DNA of 63,709 nucleotides, counting the filler, from Lenisia limosa (lineage: Eukaryota; Protista; Breviatea), in the NCBI GenBank assembly GCA_001655205.1. It is 13 parts of 13 records of this genome, joined end to end, with 100 filler letters (N's around TTAATTAATTAA, not from the genome) between each part and the next. Parts side by side here need not be neighbours in the genome. Positions count along the whole stretch, not along the records: positions 11,578 to 20,930 come from LPNZ01001404.1; positions 21,031 to 33,083 come from LPNZ01011208.1; 11 more parts are not named here. One strand, 5' to 3'. The notes under the pieces are model-generated. The model did no database searches. It was given only the letters and a program-made list of their open reading frames with translations, and was not told the origin of the DNA. How positions within the stretch are numbered: the first letter of the stretch is position 1; the number at the start of each line of letters is the position of its first letter. This document shows, one piece after another, positions 11,638 to 24,400 of the stretch. The position numbers and the translations under genes were made by a program.

Positions 11638-14600
11638 CCGACATCGGTCTTCGGGAGCTTAGGCTTCTGATTGAGGAGCTTGGTGCCCGTGGATTCGGGG
11701 GTGGTTGAGAACATGGCGATCATGGCGATCACTTCCCAGACCTGGGGGGGGGGTGAAATTGGAATATATAAGGGTTTTTTTTTTATTATTATTCTTTTTT
11801 AAAAACATCACCCACCTTGGGGTACACGGCACGGATCCAATGTCTGAAGGCAAGGGCAAGAAGTTTCATTTCCTCGTCCATTTCAGGCAGGTTGGAGTCG
11901 CCCTCAAGGCACTTTGTGATGACCTCAGCGCGCATGACCTCATCCAAACTGGGAAGTTCCAGGAGGTGAGGGAGCTGGGGGGTGAGAAATGGGTGTTCTG
12001 ATTTCTTTCATGAGAAACCAGGAGAAAACATGAGAAAACATGAGAAAAAAGAAGAAAACAGGAGTCCATTAACGCATCAAGAAGAGCAACATTCCAAGAA
12101 TCAAAACGAATAACCGAGTTTGTCAACAGTTGCATTGCAAGTTGGGATCCAAGCCAACTGTGAAGGGATCCTCGCCTGAGGTAGTCCATTGAGGCTCAAT
12201 GTGGTGTGAACGGATCTGAATGCCAAGTAAAACAGGGGGGAAACAGAGTGACAACCCACCTTGTCGTTTTCACGTGCAAACTCCATGATGTTGATGGTCT
12301 CCTCATCACCCCAGTTTTTGTTGCCGGATCTTTAAGATGAGGAGAGGACGTTTTTGGAAAGCAAAAGATATATTTAGAAACCGGACGTTTTATCCATGAC
12401 ATTATTAAAGGAGAAAAACAAAATAAAAATAATAAAAATGGGGGGAGAAGAGATAGGAGGATACGATTCCTCAGTGGATCAGCAACACTATCTCCTTCCA
12501 CCTCTATGGATAAACAACCCTCTCCTCTCCCTCTTCAAAATAGTGGCCCATTCCCCCATACTCGTCTTCCTTGGCCTCGTGGACCTTGGCAAAGAGAATA
12601 CCGTAAATCTGAGATCTGTAGAGTGAATTGGAATAGCCAAATATGGAGAGATGAGATAGAAAATAAATAAAAATAGGGTGTATCTGCCAAAAAAAAAGAA
12701 AAAAAGACAGACCCAGTTGCCCCCACCTGATGGAGCGGGAAAGGTCCCAAACGGAGTCATCGGTCTGGCTCTCCATGAGGGTTGGGAGGAGACGGTGGTT
12801 GAGAATCAAGACGGTCATCACCCATGACGGGATGTCACCGCGACGGAAGGCGTCGTGCAGCCACTTGGGCAGGAGGGGCTCTGCATCTTTAATGAGGCAC
12901 GAGTTGGAGAAAATATCGTTAATGGTGGCAGGAGTTCGAGAAAATTGTATTGTTGACGGGAATGTGACAAGGGAAGGATGACATTATGGTAGCCTGACAG
13001 GTAATTTGGTCCTAAGCCTTCCCACCATCAGAAACAGTGGGGGGAAGAGTCAGAGAGCTGTCGTTGCCAAGATGCTCCTCATCACTAATGGGTAAAAGTC
13101 TGCTATGTTGAAATGCGGAATAATGAGAAATATTTGAAATGCGGAATAATGAGGCTATCGCCTTTTAGAGTGGTATTTACTAATTTAAACACAGGTGAAT
13201 TCCAAAATGGTGAATTCAATTTACCCGTACCTGGGGGTGAATCTGGCCACAATGCAGTTGAAAGCGTGCATCATTTGCTAAAATGTATAAAAAATAAACG
13301 ACGAGGAAAGCACGTGACTATATTTAAACGCCTATATTTCCCAAACCAGATCGTCTCCAGAATTCAGTCTTTATTAGGAACGGGAAATGAAGCTTTTAAT
13401 CCCCCACTTTTCTGTCTTCATCGTTGCCGGCGGCGGCGATGTCATAGTCCTCCTTGCTCAGACCGTTCTCTTCCTGGTCCTCGAAGGCAATCTATGATCG
13501 TAAGGAATGGTAGCCCTGAAAAGAAGAGATAAAAATAATAGTAATTAAAAAATTGAAGGGGGAGAGTGGTGGGGCTAATTGTGAAGCTTTTGGGGATGTT
13601 GAAACCAAAGTCCCACACCCAAAAAAACAAAAAAAAACTTAATTGACGAAAGCCCAAGAGCCTACGATCTGAGGGAGAATGGCGTCGTAAGCGGCGTTGA
13701 GGGCCTCCTTGCAAGTGTTGAACTGGGTGAGGTAGCCCATCAGTCCGTTGAAGATCACAATACTGCGACAGTGTGAGGGGAGCAGGAGGGTATCATTAGG
13801 CCTTCACTTTGGATCGGAAAATGACTGAATTTCTCGATAAATCCTCGTAAATTATCGACATTTCACCGGTCTTTTTGGAACCGAAGTGAAGCCCAAGTAT
13901 CATTCACTTTTCGTCCTTTCCTTTACAACTTGCTTAACTAGCATTTACGATAAAATCCAAAGCACATGATATCATTTACCAAGCACTCCTATGTCATCGT
14001 TATCCCCCCCCCCCTCACCGTTTGTTTGTGTGGCTGGTGACAGTGCTGAAGTTCTTCTTGCAGTAGTTGAGGAAGCGGGATTGTTTGCTGTGTACTTCGT
14101 TGCTGGCCTGAGCGGTGAGTTACTTCGATTTATGATGATGGTTCCCTGGTGTGGAGCACAAATACACAGCGCTGTTTCTTATGTAAGGGCTTCACTACGG
14201 TCCCAAAAAGACCGAATTTCTCGATAAATCCTCGATAAATATCGATATTTGACCGGTCTTTTTCCGACCGTAGGGAAGCCCTAAATAATACTTCCCCTCG
14301 CCTACAAGAGCGGCAAAAGCGGGAAGAAGCTCGTGTTTGATGTTGTGCTCCTCAGCGAACTTGTGAGGGTGGAAGACCTTGGCCTTGATCTGGGCATCCG
14401 AAACCTTGAAGTTGTCGAGGGAGATGTAGCCTGCGGGGGCGTGAATGAAGAAAATCGCCGAAGAATATTGGCGTAGTATGGGGTAAAATTGGAAAACATA
14501 TGAAACAAAAAAAAAGGCCCAAAATNNNNNNNNNNNNNNNNNNNNNNNNNNNNNNNNNNNNNNNNNNNNNNNNNNNNNNNNNNNNNNNNNNNNNNNNNNN

Positions 14601-15654
14601 NNNNNNNNNNNNNNNNNNTTCAATCAAAAATAAATATAGGTTCACAACCCGAAAGGGTAAAGGAAGACTAGCAACATGAAAAGCAACAAAATACCCCAGA
14701 ATGCCCTGAACCTAAAAATGAAAGAACAGAGGGTGGAATAGTATAGACTCCAATTAACATTCATACGTACAACCCCCCTGGAATGTATAAAGAGCCGACG
14801 AACAAAAGAAAAATGAAAGAAAAGAGAGCTGAATTCAATTAGAACAAAAAGATCAAACACCACGAACCCTGGGGGAGATCGAAGAGGTAGAAGGCGACAT
14901 CGTAAGAGAGGGCAGGGCAGTCGTTCTGACGAGCAAGCCAGACCACGGCACTCTCCGCGTCAGTGTCGGCAACAACAAACTGGACGTTCTGGGAGCGGAT
15001 CGTCTGGAATCGTCAGCAAACGACAACCCAAAGCCGCATTACACGGTTGGCACTCAAAAAAATAAGGTCATTATGACTCATTTAAACGCTGGAAGGCGAC
15101 AGAGAGCAACTCCAGCATGAGGGAAACACACCTCCATGAAGACATCCTGGAGGAGAACGGGAAGGACGGCGTAAATAGACTCACGAGTTTCAAAAGCCTT
15201 GAAAACACGAGAAATACGGTCTTCCTCACTAGCAAACAGTCAAAAAGAAAAAAAAAGCGGCCCTAGTCTGAAAAACCGATTTTAACATTTCAAAATAAAA
15301 GTACAAACGCCTACCGCTGGATGTTATAGCGAGAGTTCTCAGGACGGACACCATCAAAGACAATAATGGGGTTGATGTTGCACCTAGTATATGAAAATAA
15401 CCCAATTATCACAAATAAGCCGGATAGAACTCCCTATCCACATACTTCTTGAGGCTGCGCATGAAAGACTCAACCTTGCGGGCAAAAGTTCCGTACATTC
15501 CACCATTACGCCAGGGGATATCAGCATAAAGGAAGTTCATAAGAGCATAGCCGTCAATAGCGAGCTTGATGGAAGGAGAGGAAGAGCTGTAGGTGACCTC
15601 ACTCCATGCAGTGGCGGTGTTACCACAAAATTGTTGTAAGCCAGAGATTCCCAT
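11638..15654 (-). CDS. ASTE1: Asteroid/ASTE1-like XPG-type PIN-domain protein; 3' end runs off the scaffold
   Basis: MGISGLQQF...LAIDGYALMNFLY...GGMYGTFARKVESFMRSL, IIVFDG, FVVADTDAESAVVWLARQNDCPALSYDVAFYLFDLP, LPAFAALASNE, QIYGILF and NIMEFARE occur in the asteroid-family motif order. Confidence 0.8.
13799..13894. mobile_element. MITE family 1 copy (asteroid intron)
   Basis: ggccttcactttggatcggaaaa...gactgaatttctcgataaatcctcg...ttttggaaccgaagtgaagccc. Confidence 0.8.
14187..14281. mobile_element. MITE family 1, best-preserved copy, with TAA target-site duplication
   Basis: taa|gggcttcactacggtcccaaaaagacc...ggtctttttccgaccgtagggaagccc|taa. Confidence 0.88.
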
Positions 15655-16219
15655 GATGGAAACTGAAGAAAAACTTCGGATAAATTGGTTGTTGAGAAAA
15701 CTATAAGGGACGTCCCGGCAAGGGACGGTAACTAATGGACTAAGGGGGTAACTAAAAGACGTAGAACGAGCCAAAGACCCTAAAAAAGGACTTTCATTTT
15801 TTTTCTGATCCCGCAAAACGAGAATGAACTGAACTGGTCATCCTTTTTTTTTTCTTTTCTTGGCTCCTGAGAGGTTTCCAGATAAAATTGACGCGCAGTA
15901 CCCATATATACCGTACAGTTAATACAGTTGAAGAAAGAAAAGTTCCTGATTAGAGCATGGAAGGGCTAACCTAGTTTCACATAATTAGAATGAACACGAA
16001 CTGCAATGACAGTGACACTTCTACGTCTTTAAAACCACCAGGTGAGTTAATACCCTCCTTCGGATCGGTAAAAGTGATACTGACTATATTCACATAAAAT
16101 ATTTTTCCTCTTCCAGAGCCTCTCTGGCCATATCCCACTTTTAATTAATCTTCTACTAGGTGCCATTATTGTTTGCCGAATCTGCGAGGAGCCAGTCAGT
16201 TGTACCGAGATTGAAAACC

Positions 16220-17556
16220 ATGGATTCCTCTGTCTCATCCAACGAAATTGCCTTATGCGGGTCTACCAGGTCGATAGGGACATTGACAAAGTGGGAATGG
16301 GGTTTTGATTATTGTTGGACAATATTTAGCTTTCTTTTGAAAAAATTTTCAGTGATTTTGTCATGTATTTTCGTTTGCCAATTTGGCAACTTTTTGTTAC
16401 TCTTTGATCGACAAAGGCTTGCTGCGCAGCCTTCACTCTAGATTTTATTTAAGCCCAATAAATCTCAGTAACCGATTAGTTTGCAAGTCTGATGGAAGAA
16501 CAGGCCCTCAAGGGCACCTTGGTACGCTGGGGCTTATCCCAGTTATTATTTGATAAACGACTTTCATGTATTTTCCCAACCTCCCAGCGGGTGCACTTGC
16601 GACATGAGAAGAAAGACGAAAAGAAACAAGGTGAAAAAAGAAGGCACTCAGGGCTCCCACGGTACCCTGAAAAGAGCATTTTGATCCACAAGAGGGAACA
16701 AAGTGAAGACAGCTCAGGTTTGCCCAATTGTTTATATTCTCTAAATGAGAATTTTCCTATTTTCTAATGTGACAATAATTGTAACAAGTTGCAGTAACGA
16801 ATACACCAGATTCAACCAACTCTGTGAGTAGCAAGGACAGCAAAATCTCTTCGACTACGTCATTGTCATCTTCAAGCGGAAGTCGGAACGGCAGTTCTCT
16901 ACGGGCGCATAAGGAAATCGATTTCACTGAAGACAATACAAGTGGGATTTGTGTATAATATGATACACTGTTGACATTATATTGATTGAGTCATAGAGTA
17001 GGTTGAAATAATAATGCACTGTTGATTGAATATTCTAGGTATTGCTATTATGTATGCTATGATACTCTGTCTCAAAGTCACTTTTAAGGTTCATATGACA
17101 CCAAGTGGAGGAAAGTCCGGAAGTTGCTGATGGATATTGCGAAAATTGCCCACAAGTAAGTTACACTTGTGAAATTATCCAACAATTTGAAATTTTACTC
17201 TCATCCATTTACCGTTTTGTGATGAATGTGGCAAGCAAAACTGTCACTTATTATTTACACAATTTAGCCAGCTCATTACCACTAATATCATCTAATCGTA
17301 TTTCCTAGTTCGACATCAACTGAAGAAACTTCCCCAAGTAGAGAAATGATCAAATTGACTGCCATGCTTCAGGTGGGGTTGTAATGATAGAATTCTCAAC
17401 ACAATAATCAACATATATATCAATTTTGTTATTTGTTTCGCAATTTAACGCTAATTTCTTCAGTTTGAAGTTTCAAACCTTAAAGATCGGATGTATCGTT
17501 TAGACGACTGCTCAGCCTCAGTATGCAGAGATTATTATCAAACCATGGTGCTGTGA
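16220..17556 (+). CDS. Hypothetical multi-exon protein (Ser-rich)
   Basis: GT-AG-flanked exon-like blocks, e.g. MDSSVSSNEIALCGSTRSIGTLT, AVTNTPDSTNSVSSKDSKISSTTSLSSSSGS and FEVSNLKDRMYRLDDCSASVCRDYYQTMVL*. No family recognised. Confidence 0.45.
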
Positions 17557-18769
17557 CATGATATTATCATGATAATTTCACAAATAATCGTAAATGACAA
17601 ATGCTCCCATTTGGTAAAATTTCGATGATTTATACTTCTTTTCCCGAAATATAACGCACCCTTACAAACACTATTGGACATCATAAAAAATCCTTGATTG
17701 TCTTGCTTATGTAACCTTGCATTTATAAGTTGACAATTTAACTCAAAAAAACCCTTCCAGAAAGGCAAAAACGAAAAGTCATCTCAAAATGTCATTTACA
17801 CTGAACCCATTTCTTTCTCCAAGCACGAGGGTGAGGGGCAAGGTAAATGGCCAAGCACGAGGGTGAGCGGCAAGGGTAAATGGTCTGTAGATTGATATGA
17901 CATGCAATTTGGAGCAGTATTTTGTTTATAAAGGACAAATTGGAAAATTTGAAATGCTAATTATCATTGGATTGTGAGAATTCTGTAATTTTTACTTAGT
18001 CAAGGTAAGATGTAGGATTTCTTCTTAATTGAGACTATCCTAAGGTGTATGATTCCTTCTTAATTGAGACTGTGGACCTTTCCGTTACAACTGTGTAATT
18101 TTTCTATGATAACCTGTCACAATATCTCATTAAGTTGATTTTTTGACAATTTTGACCAATATTGTTATTTTTATTTACTTCAGCAGAGGACAAGCCAGGG
18201 AAGGCCATGACCCCCATGCAACTGCCGAAACCCCTGCCGAACGCGCCCATTTTAGTGAGTACTTTACTTTGGTGACATAGCAATTTCTGCAAAAATCAAT
18301 GTAGAAAATGTGAAATATGGTAGAGCTTTATATCGTTTTTTGCTGTTTACCATATCAAGGTATTTCTATCATTAGCAATCTTGCACAGTGCATCACAACA
18401 AATACATAACACAATTATCACCCCCCTTTTCATAAGTTACCAACCCCCCCTTAATCTTTTTGTAAGATACTATTCTTTGCCGATCTGCTGCATAAAAGTG
18501 TAGCAAACCCACATATCATTTTTAAATGAGCTCAAAGTAACATAACTCTAATTCTGTGGTTTAATCTCTTTAGGCCCATTCCAGCCAGCTTAATACCCGA
18601 AACGAACTAGATACACCCGATCTCCTCGAGTCCTCTGAGTTTTCTCAAAAGGAAAGGGATTCACTGTCTAAAACAGAACCTTTCCCCAGTAATAAGGTAA
18701 TAATTATCACCAAGACAAACATTAATGCGATTTATTGAGTTATAATTATCATTATCCCACTGCGATACC

Positions 18770-20790
18770 TATTTGCCGTCGTTGCACAGCTGCCTATTTT
18801 ATCACCACAGGATCGAACAGCTGCCTATTTTCAGCCCACTACCAACCATGGCATCCCTCATGACCTCAAAGTATGTTACAAGCTTTACTTTAGTCAAGGT
18901 TGCCCTATCGCTTATCAGTAATACAAATGATTATCACTACAAAGTGATTGGGAAATTTTTAGATTAGAAAGTAAATTGAAATTGGTTGAATTTGAAACGG
19001 GCTGAGTGTCACAACAATGCATGTTCTTGAAATTGTTGTTGCGACCATATACTTGTCCTAATCATCACAAATCAAATGAAGAATAACTCCATTTATCAAA
19101 TAATTGGAATGCAAACCTTAAAATCATCCCTGATAAATTTTATGATATTAGGAGTACCATGAGCTGCATGAGCTGCAGCAACTACACACTGATGATACCA
19201 TGTCCCCGATCTCACCTAGTGACGGTGTGCTGAAATCTGCGGCTACACTTCATGGCAAACTTAATTAATGATATTGCTACCTATATTGAAACGACGATGA
19301 AAAGGCAATACACTTGAATTTCCAAAGCGTTCATCAACAACTTATTCAAGCTCCTATTTACATCTTAGTTCACGGGTTAATGGTTTTACATTTATTCACA
19401 GGCAGGTTAATGATTTTACATATTAGTTTGCAAGATAATGAAGCAACAGTCTATTCCGCCTTATGTTTCTCAAAATATTATGGTAAGGGTTAGTTTAGTT
19501 GATTAATTGTCGGCTCACTATTGTCTTTCTGTTTATTTCCAAAGCCTCTCATGTTGAATTTGATAAAGTATTTCTCATACATTTTTAGGAATGAGAAAAT
19601 ACTATGCAATTCATAAATTAGCTTACAATTGATACAAATTGCAATTTTAATATTTACAATTCAATTCAAGGAGTCCTGGTTTAAACTCCTCTGTGGTGTT
19701 ACATAAGATGATAGTAATCAGGAAATAAAAAGCTCAATGAAATAAATTTTAAATTTATGAAATGAAATAACCCACATAACATCTTTAGAGACACGTTTTC
19801 CAGTCCTCACCGCTTTCCTTCACGTCATCTCCGGATTGCACCAGCTGCTCACGCCCTATGGCAGCAACTGGTCTAAGGTCGGTCCAATGATGTTTCCTGT
19901 ATCGGACAATGTGCTTGTATTTATTGTTCGGCATGGTTGATGGGTTGATGGAGTAAAATATTTTTCAGCATCATATGATATCCATTACTTATATGTGTTA
20001 CGATAGATTTTGAATCGAAATGATCTCTGTAAGGATGTGTAGTTTTATTCAAAATTCATATAAAATGGCAATAATCAGTCCAATATATACCTAGGTTTTA
20101 TATAATGTAAATTCGAATCCGTGTGATATATCGTTTAGCATCACCATTTAGGAGCATGATAGCACGAAACATGCAAGGAAGAGACCGTAGGGCACTGTCA
20201 TAATATTCTGACATTTCGTAATATAATGAGGATTGTGTTGGATTTGATGATAACTCAGGGTTTTCTGTAACCTGTACTATTTCTTGCATGGTCCCAAAAT
20301 AGAATGTTATTCCTCGATAAATTCTTGAGAAAACTATGCTAAAGTCAAAAATGGTCGAAAACTTTTTTCAACAAATAGTGGATTTACTCCCCTTAGGATC
20401 ACAAAGAGGCTCAACATCTATTGAAATCAAGGGCTGGAAATCACAGGACTCTCCTCCAACCACAAGGTGGGTATTGAAGACGAAAACAATACACTAGATA
20501 AACATCAGTAGAGTCATATTTTTCGTTTTGGTGTTCGGTATTTGTCCTGAGGTTTTGCTCTCATTGGCATCAGTAGTACTGGACTTTAATCGCGGGATTT
20601 ATTCACCAGATTTTCCTCTCCGTTCTCTCCCGCAGTCAAGGAAGGCTCAGAGTCCGGCACACCGCTACCAGGATTCCAGCACATCCGTTCAAACCTCAGT
20701 GGCAGTACAGACTCCCCCACCTCCAATCAAGACCAGTGTACGTTTGGGGGTGACGATATATGGGATTCTTTTGACGAACAGCCTTTGAGG
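18770..20790 (+). CDS. Possible hypothetical multi-exon gene
   Basis: Scattered GC-richer blocks with splice-like ends (about 19150-19260, 19790-19915, 20397-20468, 20560-20750); reading frames not firmly joined. Confidence 0.25.
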
Positions 20791-21337
20791 CGCATTATCA
20801 TACCTCACTCCGCCAAACTGCGTAGTTTGAGAAATTTGGCTTGCTTTAATTTACCCCTCACTTTTGACATCCTTCGTTTTACTCCCCTTTAGTCAGGTAT
20901 TTCCCTTCGTTTTACTCCCCTTTAGTCAGGNNNNNNNNNNNNNNNNNNNNNNNNNNNNNNNNNNNNNNNNNNNNTTAATTAATTAANNNNNNNNNNNNNN
21001 NNNNNNNNNNNNNNNNNNNNNNNNNNNNNNGGGGGGGGGGGTGAGTATGAAACAAATATAGTATATAAGCCTTTTCCGTGAGTGAAGGGGATGTGCTGAG
21101 CTGGTGAGGTTCCTCCTATCATATTTACAATGTGCGCAACTACGTTAAAAGAACAATAGAAGAACCACAAACATTCTTTTGCCATTTCCAGTGCCTCTAA
21201 ACTGTCGAAAGGGAAGCCAAAAGCTACGATGGTCAAACTCAGTACATTGGTTGTGGAATGGTGGACAGATTGGTTGAAATAATATTTGACAATCGTATCC
21301 ACTTTATAGAATTATGCTAAGACTGAAGATGATCAAA

Positions 21338-21429
21338 GGTCTTCGGTTCGAAAAATACCTTTTAAATATCGATAGTTTTCGAAGAGTTTTTTGAGAAAGT
21401 CAGTCTTTTTTTGAACCGAAGTGAAGTCC
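21338..21429. mobile_element. MITE family 1 degenerate copy
   Basis: cttcggttcgaaaaa...cagtcttttttgaaccgaagtgaagtcc. Confidence 0.7.
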
Positions 21430-21432
21430 ATA

Positions 21433-24400
21433 TCATAGGTCAGCTGACCCCCCACGTTTAATTGCCATCGGAGCTGCTGGGGTCAACGGTTCAGTTGCCA
21501 TCATCTTATGTACCTGGACGTCAAGAGGCATACCAATATGCAAGTTGAAAATCGACATGATTTCTGGATTTGTATGTATACGTTGACCTGACTGTAGCCT
21601 TATAAAAATAAAAAGGAGCAACATTAGCGTTTATGACAATCATATTCAAATCATGAACCTATTGGACCTTTCCTATTTCAGCCCCCAAGTGCCTACGTCA
21701 TCCCAGTCAACTTGGGGCAGATCACCTGGTGGAGGGGGGACTGCGTTATCGGTGTTCATAGTCTGAGAGTTAGAACAAAAGGGAAGGCAAGACGCTGTGA
21801 CGTAGAACTTTCGCTACTGCTGACATAAAGCGACAAGAGACATATTATGAATGCTAGCCCCCCCCCCCCACATCCTTGGTTTCAGTGNNNNNNNNNNNNN
21901 NNNNNNNNNNNNNNNNNNNNNNNNNNNNNNNNNNNNNNNNNNNNNNNNNNNNNNNNNNNNNNNNNNNNNNNNNNNNNNNNNNNAAACAATTGATTGATAT
22001 TTGCGCTATTCGAAAACCTTCATGTATATGATGAAAAAAATAATAGCTTGATAAAAGTTAGTGGAAGTGGAAATTGCTAACATGAGCAGAGAATACTCTC
22101 CATATTTTCAGTACGGAAGACCCCCCTAGGGACCTTGCTTCATTTCGTTGAGTTTGCCTTCGGACAAATGTGGCCATCTCACCCGGGCGAGAAGAAGTGG
22201 CAGATCGGAAAGCCGGGCAGGCATGTCTCCCTGGTACTATTAGGATACGGCTTAGTGTGATTGCTATCAAGAAGTATTAAAAGGGAAAGGGTCTGATGGA
22301 AATATAATGCTCTTGTTTTTTCTCTCCCAAAATTAACAAATGAATAATCTGTAATAAAAGCACAAGAACAACGTAGCAGAAAAGCACATTACGAAAACAG
22401 TACAAAAATGAGAAGAGTCCTCGAAATATGCTAATTTGGCAGTATCTTTTGCTGTTTATAGCACAAAAGTTAGCTTCACCAATGACTCTCATGTATCATC
22501 AACCTGTGGTCACAATGCGGGCGTCCACGATTTGATTTAAAAATAAACTACTCAAAATTACTCTTATGACATTTTGACAAAAGACAAAAATTAAGGCAAA
22601 GAGTGGGGGGCAGGAGGAGGACTTTCAAATGAGTGAAAAAGGCCGGCCCGCTTACGGAGAGCCAGCAGGAGATAGCTGGTAAAACTTCATCCTCATCATC
22701 CACATTCAAATCATCTCGTTCCAACTGAAAAGCCGATTATATTAGTACTTCACGAAAAGCACTGTAAAGAGAGAGAGAGGAGTGGATTATGAAAGATAAA
22801 ATAAAAGTTACAATGACATTCTCTACAGCCAACAAAACCCAATAAGCCCCCTACTATCCGCGCGAGTCCACAAGATGAGAACTCTTGGAGACTTCCAACG
22901 ATCCGACCGAAGTGTAAAGTGGCCCACTCGGCTACGTGGCGCGTTACTCTGCGCGCGCGGTACGACTCGCCGATCTGGTGCGTTTCAGCGGCATTGGCTG
23001 AATGCGTGAATTTTGTAAAAGTAAGCATAAGGTTGTGTTTTACTAATGGTCTTGCAAGTTATTACGCTGTATGATATACGCTATCAAGGAAAAATCGAAT
23101 TTTCCATATGGGCAGAAAAGAGACGTCGGTAGAGGTTTGAACGTCTGACAATAAAGGGAGAATCATTCGATAAGTTATTTCCTTGTATACACATGAAATA
23201 ATAAATAAATATCTTGCAATTTCCTCCTCTATCAAAACAAAAAGCCCAGCCCGACTCTCTCACCCGGTGTCATTGCTGCAATCAAATGGCTTTCAAGGAA
23301 ATCTTTGAGGTAGTCAAGGCCGAGAAGGGACGATGATGCCTGATGGTAACGGTGAGTTCAGAACCTGATATTTTGAAAAAAACAAACATCTTTAATTGTA
23401 GTTAAAAGTAGTTATTGATTTATGATTCATATCTGCCAAAAGGTTTACCATGTGAGTTTTTTTTTTTTAGATGAATACTAATTATTATATGATTCTTCAA
23501 TGCTTCCGGTCTAAGTTGCCGTTTTCTACTCTTTTGTGTATATTACAAAGTGAACAACTTTCCTTTGTCAATAAATAATCCAAATGATTCCCACGAGTAG
23601 GTCCACGGCATCATATCTGCCGTCTTTGAGGCCTTTCGAAATGTCTGAGAAGTCACCATTATTGTACATGTAGAAGAGAATGGCTTGCATGGCCGCCGTA
23701 TTGAGACTCAGGTTCATGTGCTGACGGGTGAAAAAAAAAAACACTAGAGGAACTGGTTTTTGGTTGAAAAGTTTAATACAATTCTACAACCACGAATGAC
23801 ACCCTACCTTTGAGGATGACTCGTGGAAGTTTCCAGTCAGCATTGTATAGAGGAAATCGCTCCAGGCCGCAAATACAAGTCGATGCCCACTGCAGGTCAA
23901 AAATGTTGAAAGGATCTGTCAAGAAAATGCTAGTAGAACCAAGATGTTTATAATACAAGTGATACTTGTGACGAACGCTGATTATCCAACCGCACCAACC
24001 TGAACTTCCCATTCGGCAAGTGAACCTCAACATCAGAATAATCGACACTGTCATTTGGCCCCGTGTCCGAGAGGCTGCGCACCACGGGGGTGTAGATCGA
24101 GAGATCAACCAACGGTGTTCGGCTTGATGGAAGGTCTGGGATAACCTCGGGTGGAGGGTCGGCGAAAGTCCGCGTAGGCGAAGGCGGTCGAGGAGGCACA
24201 ATAACCTGGGGGAGGGGGTGAGAAGAATCACGCTTGCAAAGAGTCTATCACTAGTCTTTTGGTAGAGCCAACCTTATATCGCTTTGGTGGGTGAGGGAAC
24301 ATTTCGTTTGACGATGCAATTGTCAACTCCACGCCGTTTTCAGAGTCGTCTTCAGAGCCCGAGTCTTCCATCTGGGTATAAATTCTCAATGATGCCAAAA

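Noticed and set aside
14290-14310. GC-AG intron in the asteroid gene (gcgagggg)
   Set aside because: A canonical gtaggc donor four nucleotides earlier gives the in-frame PAFAALASNE junction.
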